DNA of 64,000 nt from Lachnospiraceae bacterium (GTDB lineage: Bacteria > Bacteroidota > Bacteroidia > Bacteroidales > Bacteroidaceae): the NCBI GenBank assembly GCA_963660075.1, contig CAVKWN010000003.1:4517-68516 (forward strand), in the 5' to 3' direction. Under the pieces are notes generated by a model. The model made no database searches. It was given only the letters and a program-made list of their open reading frames with translations, and had not been told where the DNA came from. The first letter of the stretch is position 1. Every line of letters starts with the position of its first letter. The translations under genes were made by a program, and so were the position numbers. This document shows, in pieces, positions 1-9,282 of the stretch.

Positions 1-137
1 AGATCCTCTACAGTCAATGGCTCATGCGTCTTTGGATTCAATGGAGGCATTGGCTTATTTGGCATCTCAGCCTGGATATTATACCATTGTGTGGGTAAAT
101 CCTGCTCAGACAGGAGAAATTTCTTTTGATGCTTCAT
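1..137 (-). CDS. TrpB-like (TrpB2-type) PLP-dependent enzyme, N-terminal fragment only; the gene runs off the left edge
   Basis: My own minus-strand translation from ATG 137..135 gives MKHQKKFLLSEQDLPTQWYNIQAEMPNKPMPPLNPKTHEPLTVEDL. This resembles the N-terminus of TrpB2-type tryptophan synthase beta-like proteins as I remember them. A -7 box lies just upstream. Confidence 0.5.
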   Translation of the reverse strand, partial: MKHQKKFLLSEQDLPTQWYNIQAEMPNKPMPPLNPKTHEPLTVED

Positions 138-162
138 GATTGCCTAATATTTAATTATATTG

Positions 163-170
163 CAAAGATA
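163..170 (-). promoter_or_regulatory. -7 promoter box TATCTTTG (Bacteroidetes consensus TAnnTTTG) for the trpB-like gene
   Basis: Exact consensus match about 25 nt upstream of ATG 137. Six fixed bases occur by chance about once per 4 kb per strand, so a single box is weak evidence. Confidence 0.45.
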
Positions 171-235
171 GGTTATTTCATATTAAATCGCAAAGAAATT
201 GAAGACAATTTGCACTAATTGTTGCAATTTTGAAT

Positions 236-382
236 TCAAAACACACCAGCCTTGATCAATACGTAAGCAATGATAAACAATGCTATGACACCTATCGTGG
301 TCTTGAGAAGACAAGTTGTAACCTTCTTGATAACGACAATAGCAACAATAACGACTATTAAGGCAATAATATAATCAGTCAT
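236..382 (-). CDS. Possible 48-aa two-helix membrane peptide, below the ORF-track cutoff
   Basis: Hand translation gives MTDYIIALIVVIVAIVVIKKVTTCLLKTTIGVIALFIIAYVLIKAGVF: two hydrophobic stretches split by KK. It lies directly downstream of, and co-directional with, the pseudouridine synthase gene. No homology evidence. Confidence 0.3.
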   Translation of the reverse strand: MTDYIIALIVVIVAIVVIKKVTTCLLKTTIGVIALFIIAYVLIKAGVF

Positions 383-421
383 GACATTAAGATATTCAGT
401 CTGTATAACTTAGGATAAAAT

Positions 422-1330
422 TTATTTAAACAAGCTCTTGAATGCTTGAGGGAAGTCGGTCTCAAACTCCATAGGACGATGGGTGACAGGATGGTAAAAA
501 CACAAACGGAAAGCATGTAGGCAAAGACGTCCCACAGGGTCGTCGCCGTTGCCATATTTTACATCTCCACAAACCGGATGTCCCAAGTCGGCGGCATGTA
601 CGCGAATTTGGTTCTTACGTCCTGTCTCCAATTTGAACTCAACGAGAGAGTGCTCCTCGCTACGATTCAATACATAATAATGTGTAATGGCAAGTTTGCC
701 CCCATTGTCATATGGTGAACTATATGTGAAATAGGCGCGATTGTCTTTAAGCCAACTCTCAATAGTGCCGTTTTCTTGTTCCATAACTCCAGAAAGAACG
801 GCAACATAGCGACGATCAAAGACTATGTTGTGCCAGTCTGATTCAAGGGCAAGTTCCACGTTTTTGTCTTTTGCGTAAACCATCAATCCACTCGTGTCTC
901 TGTCAAGTCGATGCACCACATGAGCAGTACACCGCTGATGACTCTGACGGAAATATTCGTCGAGCACGGATTTGACGTTCAAGGTGCTGTGGCCAGCAGC
1001 CATGGAGAGTATTCCTGGCTTTTTTTCAACAACCACAAGATAACGATCTTCGAAGACAATGCGTAAGTAATGGTTTTTGAACTCTACGTTTTGTTTCGAC
1101 TTGCTGACCTCTATCTTCATCCCGGGAAGCAACTCATAATCAAACTGAGTAATTACCTTGCCATTGACCCTGACACCACGGCCTGAAAGAGTGGCCTTAA
1201 TCTTTGATCGGCTCTCTTGCAAATTTGCAAGAAGCCAATCAAGAAGTTTTGAAGGCTCTTCTACGACATGGCTATTAAAATTGCGCGTTGTTTTGGATTG
1301 TGACAATCGTCTCACTCTTTTCTCTTCCAT
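422..1330 (-). CDS. RluA-family pseudouridine synthase with N-terminal S4-like domain
   Basis: HRLDRDTSGLMVYAK catalytic-Asp motif. Size of 302 aa fits. Its 5' end overlaps the upstream permease gene by 19 nt. Confidence 0.85.
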   Translation of the reverse strand: MEEKRVRRLSQSKTTRNFNSHVVEEPSKLLDWLLANLQESRSKIKATLSGRGVRVNGKVITQFDYELLPGMKIEVSKSKQNVEFKNHYLRIVFEDRYLVVVEKKPGILSMAAGHSTLNVKSVLDEYFRQSHQRCTAHVVHRLDRDTSGLMVYAKDKNVELALESDWHNIVFDRRYVAVLSGVMEQENGTIESWLKDNRAYFTYSSPYDNGGKLAITHYYVLNRSEEHSLVEFKLETGRKNQIRVHAADLGHPVCGDVKYGNGDDPVGRLCLHAFRLCFYHPVTHRPMEFETDFPQAFKSLFK

Positions 1331-2511
1331 ATCGCTGATATTTTATGGTGAATGGCTAAAATGTTGCAAACGCTAACCAAGACAAGAAGCATGATGCCAA
1401 GGATTATAGACGGAAGCATTGAAGCTGTGTCAATATTGGGGAACAATGTGGAAATAACCCCAACATAATAATCTCTTACGAAGAATACGACGGCAAGAGC
1501 CACAACAAGTACGCCAAGATTCAAGAATATGGTCAACAACTGATAGGGTCGTGCAACCTGTCGTGGACTATAACCAATAAACAACAGGTTTTCAAGTTTT
1601 GAAGAGTTCTTCTGAACCAATAGGTAAATGCTAAGCATGAGGATATAGAAACTGAGGACAGAGATAACAAGACCAACCATCATAACCATTGTTACCATGA
1701 AGCGCAAAAAGTATGTTGTCTTTTCTGCGTCAAGTTTGTCATCCTCAACCTCAAAACCATGTCGGTCTAAATAACTTGTCATCTGCTCAGTCTTGCTGTT
1801 GTCGGGTTCAAGAATAAGACGTGTCGGGGCTTGATTCTTCCCTGGTGCAAATGTATGGTTACTCCAATCCATAAACGCTTGAGGCACGAGAATGCTACTA
1901 ACACGCGAAGAGAAACCAATAACCTTTCCCTTGAAAGAGCCGTTGCCGTTAGTACCCTGAACAAAAAGGTCAAAGTCGATCATCCCTACAAGTCCATCAC
2001 TAATTTTAGGAAGGGATCGGCTTTGTGCAAAGCCAAAGTTGTACATGGCAATGTAACTTCGTGGCAAGATTACCGGCACAATTTTATCACCAGGTTTATA
2101 ACTCCACGTCCCCTTGGGAGCATCCACGAAGTCATCCGGTATACTCTCAAGAAATATTTCAGAATTAAGGATGTTAGTTCCGCTAATGCCCATACGGGCT
2201 GTCACGGTATATTGAGTAGAAGTGAAAGCCCCCAAATTATTAGCGAAATTGGCGACATTGATATTGTCAACATCCTGTTTAGTGAAGGCGTTTGAACGAC
2301 CAGACAGAGTATTTCCGGCTCCGACCTTTTTCTCTACTATGATATAATTCGATTTCATAAAGGAGTCTTCCCCTGTGAACACAGGTGAGACATCTTTATA
2401 AAATTGATAGCCTAGCAACACTATCAGTAAGCCAAAAAGATTAGCAAAAGCAAAACCAGCGAACTGGGAGATGCTAATATGTTGGCGTAAAAGTTTCCAT
2501 ACAAGATTCAT
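1312..2511 (-). CDS. ABC transporter permease, FtsX/MacB/LolC-type topology
   Basis: One N-terminal TM helix, a long extracytoplasmic loop of about 230 aa, and three C-terminal TM helices. 4-nt overlap with the ATPase gene. Confidence 0.75.
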   Translation of the reverse strand: MNLVWKLLRQHISISQFAGFAFANLFGLLIVLLGYQFYKDVSPVFTGEDSFMKSNYIIVEKKVGAGNTLSGRSNAFTKQDVDNINVANFANNLGAFTSTQYTVTARMGISGTNILNSEIFLESIPDDFVDAPKGTWSYKPGDKIVPVILPRSYIAMYNFGFAQSRSLPKISDGLVGMIDFDLFVQGTNGNGSFKGKVIGFSSRVSSILVPQAFMDWSNHTFAPGKNQAPTRLILEPDNSKTEQMTSYLDRHGFEVEDDKLDAEKTTYFLRFMVTMVMMVGLVISVLSFYILMLSIYLLVQKNSSKLENLLFIGYSPRQVARPYQLLTIFLNLGVLVVALAVVFFVRDYYVGVISTLFPNIDTASMLPSIILGIMLLVLVSVCNILAIHHKISAIWKRKE

Positions 2512-3152
2512 AGCTTCACCGTCCTTTCATAGTTTAGATTCATGTGTTTGCCGATACTTGTCACAATCACACCTGCGCCTTGTCGGTTTGCTTCGTCCAT
2601 CATTATGTTTGCCATAATCTCGGCATTGCGGTCGTCAAGATGCGAGATTGGCTCATCGGCAAGAATGAAGTCGAATGGTTGCACGAGTGACCTCATCATT
2701 GCCACCCTCTGTTGCTGACCAAACGACATCCTGCCCACTTTAGCGTCGACCTTGTCGGCAATGCCGAGCATGTCGAACCATTCAAGAATTTGTTTTTCAG
2801 ACTTAAACCCCGTCAGCTTGTTCTTGATTTGAACGTTCTCCAGCGCCGTGAGTTCTGGGAAGAGCCTTAATTCCTGAAAGAGGTGGCTTATGTTTAGACG
2901 GCGAGCGTCAACCCATTGCGACACGCTAAAATTAATTGTATCTGCGTCATCAAAAAACACATGTCCCGTATAATCGTGACGATAGCCAACTACATAGCTA
3001 CAAAATGTACTTTTTCCCTTGCCAGAGTCAGCCTCAACAAGGTAGAGTTTACCTTTCTCAAACGTGATGTCGTTTGCCCAAACGTCTGAACACAAGTCCT
3101 TGCGCTCAGAAAAAACATTTGGCACGACATTATTGAAATATATCCTGTTCAT
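2508..3152 (-). CDS. ABC transporter ATP-binding protein
   Basis: Walker A SGKGKST, signature-like SFGQQQR, Walker B FILADEP followed by SH. Confidence 0.85.
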   Translation of the reverse strand: MNRIYFNNVVPNVFSERKDLCSDVWANDITFEKGKLYLVEADSGKGKSTFCSYVVGYRHDYTGHVFFDDADTINFSVSQWVDARRLNISHLFQELRLFPELTALENVQIKNKLTGFKSEKQILEWFDMLGIADKVDAKVGRMSFGQQQRVAMMRSLVQPFDFILADEPISHLDDRNAEIMANIMMDEANRQGAGVIVTSIGKHMNLNYERTVKL

Positions 3153-4507
3153 CAGTCCATTGTATATACAATCGTATTGATATTTCCAAACATTGGCATG
3201 AGAAGCGAGGTCACAGCCGCAGCCTTGCTATTGTCCAAAGCCTTAAAGTTAACAACCATTGCGAACTTCTTGCCCTTTATAATGCCTTGTAAATCGGAAG
3301 GGAGAGGTTTTGTAGAGGTAGTTATGCTATGTCTTGCCTCTTCTGGCGATGCACCGCTCATATATTGCATGTCAGGTGTGACTCCAAAGAAATATGTGGT
3401 GCCATTGCCTGAATAGTAATAACAATTCTTTCCCCAATCACCAATGCGCCCACCCGCCGGGACACTCTTTTTCCAATAGTCAATATCTGCCAGCCATGGA
3501 GCTCCAGAGAGGCGAGCAGCCATCATCATGTGAAGGTTGCTACTTCCGAGTGAAGACGTTACAAGCGTGAGGTCTCCATCTACGCTCTTTATGATGTTGT
3601 CCATGTCTATTGCAGTGTTAATGCCTGCAAGCATGGCTGTCGCTGGCCTATTCTGAATCAACAAATTATGGAATTGTTTACCATCAACATTCAAAAAAAG
3701 TCCAAGCACGTCGTCCTGCGACATCGCCTTTACATAATCACCCTTAATGGGACGGTATACAGTAGCGGCTTTTTCAATCGCGGAATTAATGCTTTTCTTA
3801 TACGATAATGTCTTGCCATGCATGAGCAAACGACCTTTTTTAACCTCCATTGCCGCGGCAAGAATAACATCGGCAGGGTCAGCATCCTTTGGGGCGCCCA
3901 TTGTGAACGGCGCGACAAACTGTTCTGGCAATGCTCTTGTTTGACTTACTATCGACATTGGCGCGTCAATAGAATCGGACGTGGCATACATAGGCGAAGA
4001 CTTTATGCCTTGTTCCTCGTCGGAGCCAAGATAGCGAGCCATCAGCGTGATAAGATCATCTTGCGCAGCAGGAACTACGGGACCCATCAACAAGACGGCG
4101 TTGTCTGAAAAACCGATTACCCAGCCCGACGACAATGCTGCAAATTTATAGTCACGACGTTTTGTAAGCGACAAGCCGGCATCCTGCAACGACTTTGCAA
4201 GCTTGCTGTCGCTATTAACCTTTGCGCAAATACCGAAATTGCCTTGACCATCCTCAAAAAAGAAAACGTCTTGTGAAAGGTCGATGCCAGAACTGTCTAA
4301 ATTTTTCAGGTGAAGCAGAGTTTTCAATATCAATGGACTTTTCGCTCCACTTAGTTTGGCAGGGCTGACTCGAATAAGCATCTGACTCTCAGACGGAATA
4401 GCGTTTATATAATCACTAGCCGAACAAGACGACAAAACGCCAACGGTTGCAAGAATACAAAATGTCCATAGGACAAGCGTTATCCTAATGTGATTAAGCA
4501 TCTTCAT
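3152..4507 (-). CDS. Lipoprotein of unknown function (DUF4836-like by recollection)
   Basis: Signal peptide with lipobox LSSC. First gene of the ABC operon, with 1-nt overlap to the ATPase gene. The family assignment is from memory only. Confidence 0.55.
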   Translation of the reverse strand: MKMLNHIRITLVLWTFCILATVGVLSSCSASDYINAIPSESQMLIRVSPAKLSGAKSPLILKTLLHLKNLDSSGIDLSQDVFFFEDGQGNFGICAKVNSDSKLAKSLQDAGLSLTKRRDYKFAALSSGWVIGFSDNAVLLMGPVVPAAQDDLITLMARYLGSDEEQGIKSSPMYATSDSIDAPMSIVSQTRALPEQFVAPFTMGAPKDADPADVILAAAMEVKKGRLLMHGKTLSYKKSINSAIEKAATVYRPIKGDYVKAMSQDDVLGLFLNVDGKQFHNLLIQNRPATAMLAGINTAIDMDNIIKSVDGDLTLVTSSLGSSNLHMMMAARLSGAPWLADIDYWKKSVPAGGRIGDWGKNCYYYSGNGTTYFFGVTPDMQYMSGASPEEARHSITTSTKPLPSDLQGIIKGKKFAMVVNFKALDNSKAAAVTSLLMPMFGNINTIVYTMD

Positions 4508-4538
4508 TGTTTCTTTCTATCTATTAATTGCTTGAATG

Positions 4539-5261
4539 TCAATTTCGTTTTTGTATCTGAGCCATGCTTACAGCCATCAAGCCTGCTGTCTCGGTTCGTA
4601 AACGGCTATTCCCCAACGTAATCGGCTCAAAACCGTTAGCAAGAGCCAAGTCTACCTCATCGGAAGAGAAGTCGCCTTCAGGACCAACTAGCACACATAC
4701 TGAAGCATCAGCGGGAAGAGTTTCCAACTTATCGAACAGGTCTATACGCTCACGGTCGTTATAACAATGGGCTATAAACTTGTAATCTGCATCACATGAT
4801 GCCACAAACTCTTTGAAAGCTGTAAGCCCATTTACCACAGGCATATAAGCCTTACGACTTTGCTTCATAGCCGACACCACAATCCTCTCGACACGATCTA
4901 CTCTTATTACGTGACGCTCGGAAAACTTACAGTCAAGAAATGTCAACTCATCAAAGCCTATCTCTGTTGCCTTCTCTGCCATCCATTCAATGCGCTCCAT
5001 CATCTTTGTCGGCGCAATGGCAAGATGAATTTTTCCAGACCATGTCTTTTGTTGGGGTAAGGTCTCGACAATATTGTATAGGCAACGCTTTTTTGTAACG
5101 ATGCCAACGTCAGCACGATAGAAATTACCCACTCCATCCATTAACCATATAGAGTCGCCTTCGCTCAAGCGCAACACCCTAACTGCATGTGTGGCTTCCT
5201 CTTCAGGCAACTCTTTGCCCGCAAGGGCGTTGGGAACATAAAAATACCTTTCCTCTTTCAA
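4539..5261 (-). CDS. rsmE: 16S rRNA (uracil1498-N3)-methyltransferase RsmE
   Basis: 240 aa. N-terminal PUA-like region and the C-terminal SPOUT motif LVGPEGDFS typical of RsmE. Confidence 0.8.
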   Translation of the reverse strand: MKEERYFYVPNALAGKELPEEEATHAVRVLRLSEGDSIWLMDGVGNFYRADVGIVTKKRCLYNIVETLPQQKTWSGKIHLAIAPTKMMERIEWMAEKATEIGFDELTFLDCKFSERHVIRVDRVERIVVSAMKQSRKAYMPVVNGLTAFKEFVASCDADYKFIAHCYNDRERIDLFDKLETLPADASVCVLVGPEGDFSSDEVDLALANGFEPITLGNSRLRTETAGLMAVSMAQIQKRN

Positions 5262-5297
5262 GACTCTGAATATTTTTTATAATCTAAATGCATCGTC

Positions 5298-5876
5298 TCA
5301 TTCCACGACATCATCAGCTTTTGAATCACCTGCTTTCCTTCTTCTGTTTAATTCATCCCTCAACTGCGACGCGAGTTCATAATTTTCTGCCGCAACTGCC
5401 TTGCCAAGGGTTTTCTCAAGCATAGACACCGGCAAGGCATTTACAGGAAGAGCTACCCCTTCTGCCTTCATGTCAAATTTAGAGCTTTGCCTAAGAAACA
5501 GCTCCTCGTCTATGTAGAGTGGTATCTTATCCTTGCTAATGACGTTTAGCAATACAGCCTCCACTCCACCAATGCTTATTTGTTTCTGTATGTCCTCGTT
5601 ATTGAGTATAGCACTGTAAGCTCCGTCCTCTACGTTGTTTATAAGAAGCGAAAGAGACAACGATGTTTGATTGTCTATAACGTCTAATAATATGTCAATA
5701 ATCCCGGAATGATTCTCATGTTTATCAAGACGAAACTTGAACTCCTCCAGCAAACGACCTTGACAAGGCACAACAAGTTGACGCTCTTGATAAGAGTCGG
5801 TAAGGACAAGCAAGCCATCTTTATTATCCCCAACAACTTCTGATGCTTGCTGAAGAAACAATCTTATTCTTGACAT
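5298..5876 (-). CDS. Bifunctional nuclease family protein (DUF151-type) with C-terminal UVR motif
   Basis: Overall architecture plus AAENYELASQLRDELNRR, a UvrB/C-like helix. Confidence 0.65.
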   Translation of the reverse strand: MSRIRLFLQQASEVVGDNKDGLLVLTDSYQERQLVVPCQGRLLEEFKFRLDKHENHSGIIDILLDVIDNQTSLSLSLLINNVEDGAYSAILNNEDIQKQISIGGVEAVLLNVISKDKIPLYIDEELFLRQSSKFDMKAEGVALPVNALPVSMLEKTLGKAVAAENYELASQLRDELNRRRKAGDSKADDVVE

Positions 5877-5950
5877 CTTTAATTATGCGAACATTGAAAA
5901 CCATATAGCGGGCTTGACTTTCATCCAAGCCCTTAGCGTATATAAAGCAA

Positions 5951-7285
5951 CTATTTTTTCTTAACAGGCTTAAACACCAAAGCGAACGCCAAGCCTACAG
6001 CTAATGCGAAACCTGCAAATATGAACCAGCATGATTGCCAATCTCCCATAAGGTAAGAACTCTCACCTTTTTGCGTCCATGAACAGAAGTTGTTTACAAT
6101 AGCTCCTGCCGACAATGTGCCTATCGTCGCGCCTATGCCATTTGTCATAAGCATGAACAACCCTTGCGCAGAAGCCTTAATGGATGGATCACACTCTTGG
6201 TCAACAAATATACCTCCAGAAACATTGAAAAAGTCGAATGCCACTCCATAGACAATGCAAGAAAGAATGAAGCAAATCACACCAGGCATTGTCGGGTTGC
6301 CAACTCCAAAGAAGGCAAAGCGCGCTACCCAAGCAAACATCGCTATCAGCATTACGCTCTTAATGCCATACCGCTTGAGAAAGAATGGTATCAACAAAAT
6401 ACAGAAAGCCTCGCTAACCTGTGATATTGATGTAAGCAATGTGGCGTTGCTAGCGGCAAATGAAGTTGCGATGGCAGGATCCGAACTGCCTTGAAAACTG
6501 GAAATGAAAGGTCCGGCAAAACTATTAGTGACCTGAAGGGACATTCCCAACAATGCCGAGAAGATAAAGAACAAAGCCATGCGACGCTCTTTAAACAACT
6601 TGAATGCATCAAGACCAAGCAACTGAGCCAAAGACTTTTTCTCTGAGCATACACTTCGCACGATCTTACATTGGGGAAGTGTGAACACGTACAAGAACAT
6701 AACAAGGCTCAACAAGCCAGAAACGAGAAACTGGTTATAGGTATATTGGAACTTGTGAGCGTTCTGTGAAAGTGTCATTGAGAACACGCCGTTGTCCCAC
6801 GTAGCGCAATTAACAAACCACATGACAACGATGAAACCTACCGTTCCACAAGAACGAATCGGAGGGAAATCTGTAACAGTATCTCCCCCGTTATTCTTCA
6901 ATACGGTAAAGGCCGTAGTGTTAGACAATGCCAATGTTGGCATATAGAACGCCACGCTTAACGTATACAGAGCTATAAAAAGTGATTTGTCAGCCACTTG
7001 ATTTCCAAAGCCAGCGTTCATTCCTATGCCCCAAAGCGATAACATGAATACGCCTGCAACTAAATGACACAAGCCCAAAAGACGTTGTGGTTGAATCCAT
7101 TTGTCGGCGACTATGCCTATCAACGTTGGCATGAAAATGGAGACAATGCCTTGAATGGCGTAGAACCATGAAATCTCGGCTCCCATGCCTGCTACGCCAA
7201 GATAATTACCCATGCAAGTAAGGTAGGCTCCCCAAACGCCAAACTCAAGGAATGTCAACACCGACAAGCGTATTTTCAAGTTCAT
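5951..7285 (-). CDS. Nucleoside permease, NupG/XapB-type MFS transporter
   Basis: 444 aa, about 12 TM helices. The N-terminus MNLKIRLSVLTFLEFGVWGAY resembles nucleoside:H+ symporters. Confidence 0.75.
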   Translation of the reverse strand: MNLKIRLSVLTFLEFGVWGAYLTCMGNYLGVAGMGAEISWFYAIQGIVSIFMPTLIGIVADKWIQPQRLLGLCHLVAGVFMLSLWGIGMNAGFGNQVADKSLFIALYTLSVAFYMPTLALSNTTAFTVLKNNGGDTVTDFPPIRSCGTVGFIVVMWFVNCATWDNGVFSMTLSQNAHKFQYTYNQFLVSGLLSLVMFLYVFTLPQCKIVRSVCSEKKSLAQLLGLDAFKLFKERRMALFFIFSALLGMSLQVTNSFAGPFISSFQGSSDPAIATSFAASNATLLTSISQVSEAFCILLIPFFLKRYGIKSVMLIAMFAWVARFAFFGVGNPTMPGVICFILSCIVYGVAFDFFNVSGGIFVDQECDPSIKASAQGLFMLMTNGIGATIGTLSAGAIVNNFCSWTQKGESSYLMGDWQSCWFIFAGFALAVGLAFALVFKPVKKK

Positions 7286-7320
7286 AAATGTATTCTATTT
7301 ATAAGTTCGTTATTATTCTG

Positions 7321-7328
7321 CAAAAATA
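7321..7328 (-). promoter_or_regulatory. -7 promoter box TATTTTTG for the nucleoside permease gene
   Basis: Exact TAnnTTTG about 35 nt upstream of ATG 7285. Confidence 0.45.
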
Positions 7329-7415
7329 CACATAATAATTGATATACAAAAATCAAGTTGAAAAAGTTTACCATAATTATATTGCTAAATATTTGGCAAG
7401 AAGAATAAAAAGTCT

Positions 7416-7423
7416 TATTTTTG
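7416..7423 (+). promoter_or_regulatory. -7 promoter box TATTTTTG for the sigma factor gene
   Basis: Exact TAnnTTTG about 73 nt upstream of ATG 7497. Confidence 0.4.
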
Positions 7424-7496
7424 CAATCGGTATATATTAATGCATAACAATTTGGCCTATAGGATAGATTTTTACTTCATTAATACACATTAATTC

Positions 7497-8105
7497 ATGG
7501 AGAATTACACAAAGTCACTTATGGAAATGAGTGATGAAGAACTTGCGGTTTGCTATATGAGGGGCGAAGACAAGGCTTTTAACCTTTTATTGGAACACAA
7601 CAAGTCAAAGCTTTTTTCATATATATATTATGTGGTGCATGATGAAGATCTAGCCAACGATTTGTTTCAGGATACATTCATCAAGATTATCACCAAGTTG
7701 CGTAATAGCATGTACACGCCGACAGGCAAATTCCATTCATGGTGTTTGCGTATCGCGCATAATGTCATTATGGATAACTTCCGCACTGCCAAGAACTGCA
7801 ATATCGTTGAACCAACCGAAGACAACGATCTAACCAACATTCACAACAGCAATGTTGAGGAAATGAACATCGAGCGGATGTTTATAAACAGGCAGATATT
7901 GGAAGACGCCAAAAACATAATGAACAATCTTCCCGCATCACAGCGCGAGGTTGTCTATATGCGTTTTTTCCAACAGATGTCTTTCAAGGAAATCTCCGAA
8001 GCCACAAACGTTAGCATCAACACTGCTTTAGGCAGAATGAGATATGCCCTGCTTAACATGCGCAGAATGGCACACGATCACAACATAAACTTGTACATAT
8101 ATTAA
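7497..8105 (+). CDS. RNA polymerase sigma-70 family (ECF-like) sigma factor with no adjacent anti-sigma gene
   Basis: Region 2-like DLFQDTFIKI...WCLRIAHNVIMDNFR and region 4 HTH MSFKEISEATNVSINTALGRMRYAL. Confidence 0.8.
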   Translation: MENYTKSLMEMSDEELAVCYMRGEDKAFNLLLEHNKSKLFSYIYYVVHDEDLANDLFQDTFIKIITKLRNSMYTPTGKFHSWCLRIAHNVIMDNFRTAKNCNIVEPTEDNDLTNIHNSNVEEMNIERMFINRQILEDAKNIMNNLPASQREVVYMRFFQQMSFKEISEATNVSINTALGRMRYALLNMRRMAHDHNINLYIY

Positions 8106-8125
8106 TTGACACGTAAGGTCAATAT

Positions 8126-8162
8126 AAAAAAGTGGAAGCTTCAAACGCTCCCACTTTTTTTA
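8126..8162. terminator. Bidirectional intrinsic terminator between the sigma factor gene and leuB
   Basis: Stem AGTGGAAGC / GCTCCCACT (8 of 9 pairs) flanked by an A-run upstream and a T-run downstream. Confidence 0.6.
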
Positions 8163-8190
8163 TTTTAGTATCCTACCCTATTAAGAAGGA

Positions 8191-9252
8191 TTAATTCTTC
8201 TCAAGATATTCCGCAATCCAAGAGCCAACTTCCTTGGTTCCGTAGTGTTCGCCTTCTTCAACCTGAATTTCAGGAGTTCGGACATTGTTAAGCAGACTTG
8301 CGTCGCATGCCTTGCGAATTGCGGCACCTTCTTCCTTGAGACCGAAATGCTCAAGCATCATTGCTGCAGAAAGTATTTCGGCAAGAGGATTGGCAATGTT
8401 CTTTCCAGCAGCTTGAGGCCAAGAGCCATGTACAGGCTCGAAAAGTGGAGTGTGCTCGCCAAGAGAAGCGGATGGCTGCAAGCCCATCGAACCGGTAATG
8501 GCCGATGTCTCATCGGTAAGGATGTCGCCAAAGGTATTCTCGGTAACAATGACATCAAAGAAACGTGGCTCTGTCAATACTCGCATTGAGGCATTGTCGA
8601 TGAACATATAGTCTACTGTCACCTCTGGGTATTGTGGCTCCATCTCCTTGGCAATCTGCCTCCAAAGACGTGAACTGGCAAGCACGTTAGCCTTGTCAAC
8701 TACCGTCAGGTGCTTGTTGCGTCGCATGGCAAACTGGAAAGCCACCTTCAGGATACGCTCAATCTCTGGACGGTAATATATGTCCGTGTCATAAGCTTTC
8801 TCATTGTCCTGGTATTTCTCTCCGAAATACATTCCACCGGTCAGCTCACGTATGACCACGAAATCGGCACCCTTGATAAGGTTCTCTTTCAAAGGGCTCT
8901 TATGCAATAAGCAGTCGAACGTGGCCACGGGACGGACATTGGCAAAAAGTCCAAGCTTCTTGCGCATTGCGAGCAAACCTGTCTCTGGGCGAACTTTCAA
9001 TGTAGGATTGTTGTCGAAACGTGGGTCGCCGACAGCAGCGAACAAAACGGCATCAGCGTCCATGCAAATCTTGAACGTCTCGTCGGGGAACGGGTCACCA
9101 CAAGCGTCAATCGCATGAGCTCCGCAAAGGCCCTCTGTGTAAGTGAACTTATGGCCAAACTTCTTTGCCACGACATCCAATACCTTAATGGCCTCTGGCA
9201 TAATTTCCGGGCCAATGCCATCGCCCGGAAGAACTGCAATTTTCAAATTCAT
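8191..9252 (-). CDS. leuB: 3-isopropylmalate dehydrogenase
   Basis: 353 aa. [20 protein letters not shown] motif of the isocitrate/isopropylmalate dehydrogenase family. Last gene of the leu operon. Confidence 0.92.
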   Translation of the reverse strand: MNLKIAVLPGDGIGPEIMPEAIKVLDVVAKKFGHKFTYTEGLCGAHAIDACGDPFPDETFKICMDADAVLFAAVGDPRFDNNPTLKVRPETGLLAMRKKLGLFANVRPVATFDCLLHKSPLKENLIKGADFVVIRELTGGMYFGEKYQDNEKAYDTDIYYRPEIERILKVAFQFAMRRNKHLTVVDKANVLASSRLWRQIAKEMEPQYPEVTVDYMFIDNASMRVLTEPRFFDVIVTENTFGDILTDETSAITGSMGLQPSASLGEHTPLFEPVHGSWPQAAGKNIANPLAEILSAAMMLEHFGLKEEGAAIRKACDASLLNNVRTPEIQVEEGEHYGTKEVGSWIAEYLEKN

Positions 9253-9282
9253 TGGTTTATATTTTATTGTTTCCAGTATTTA

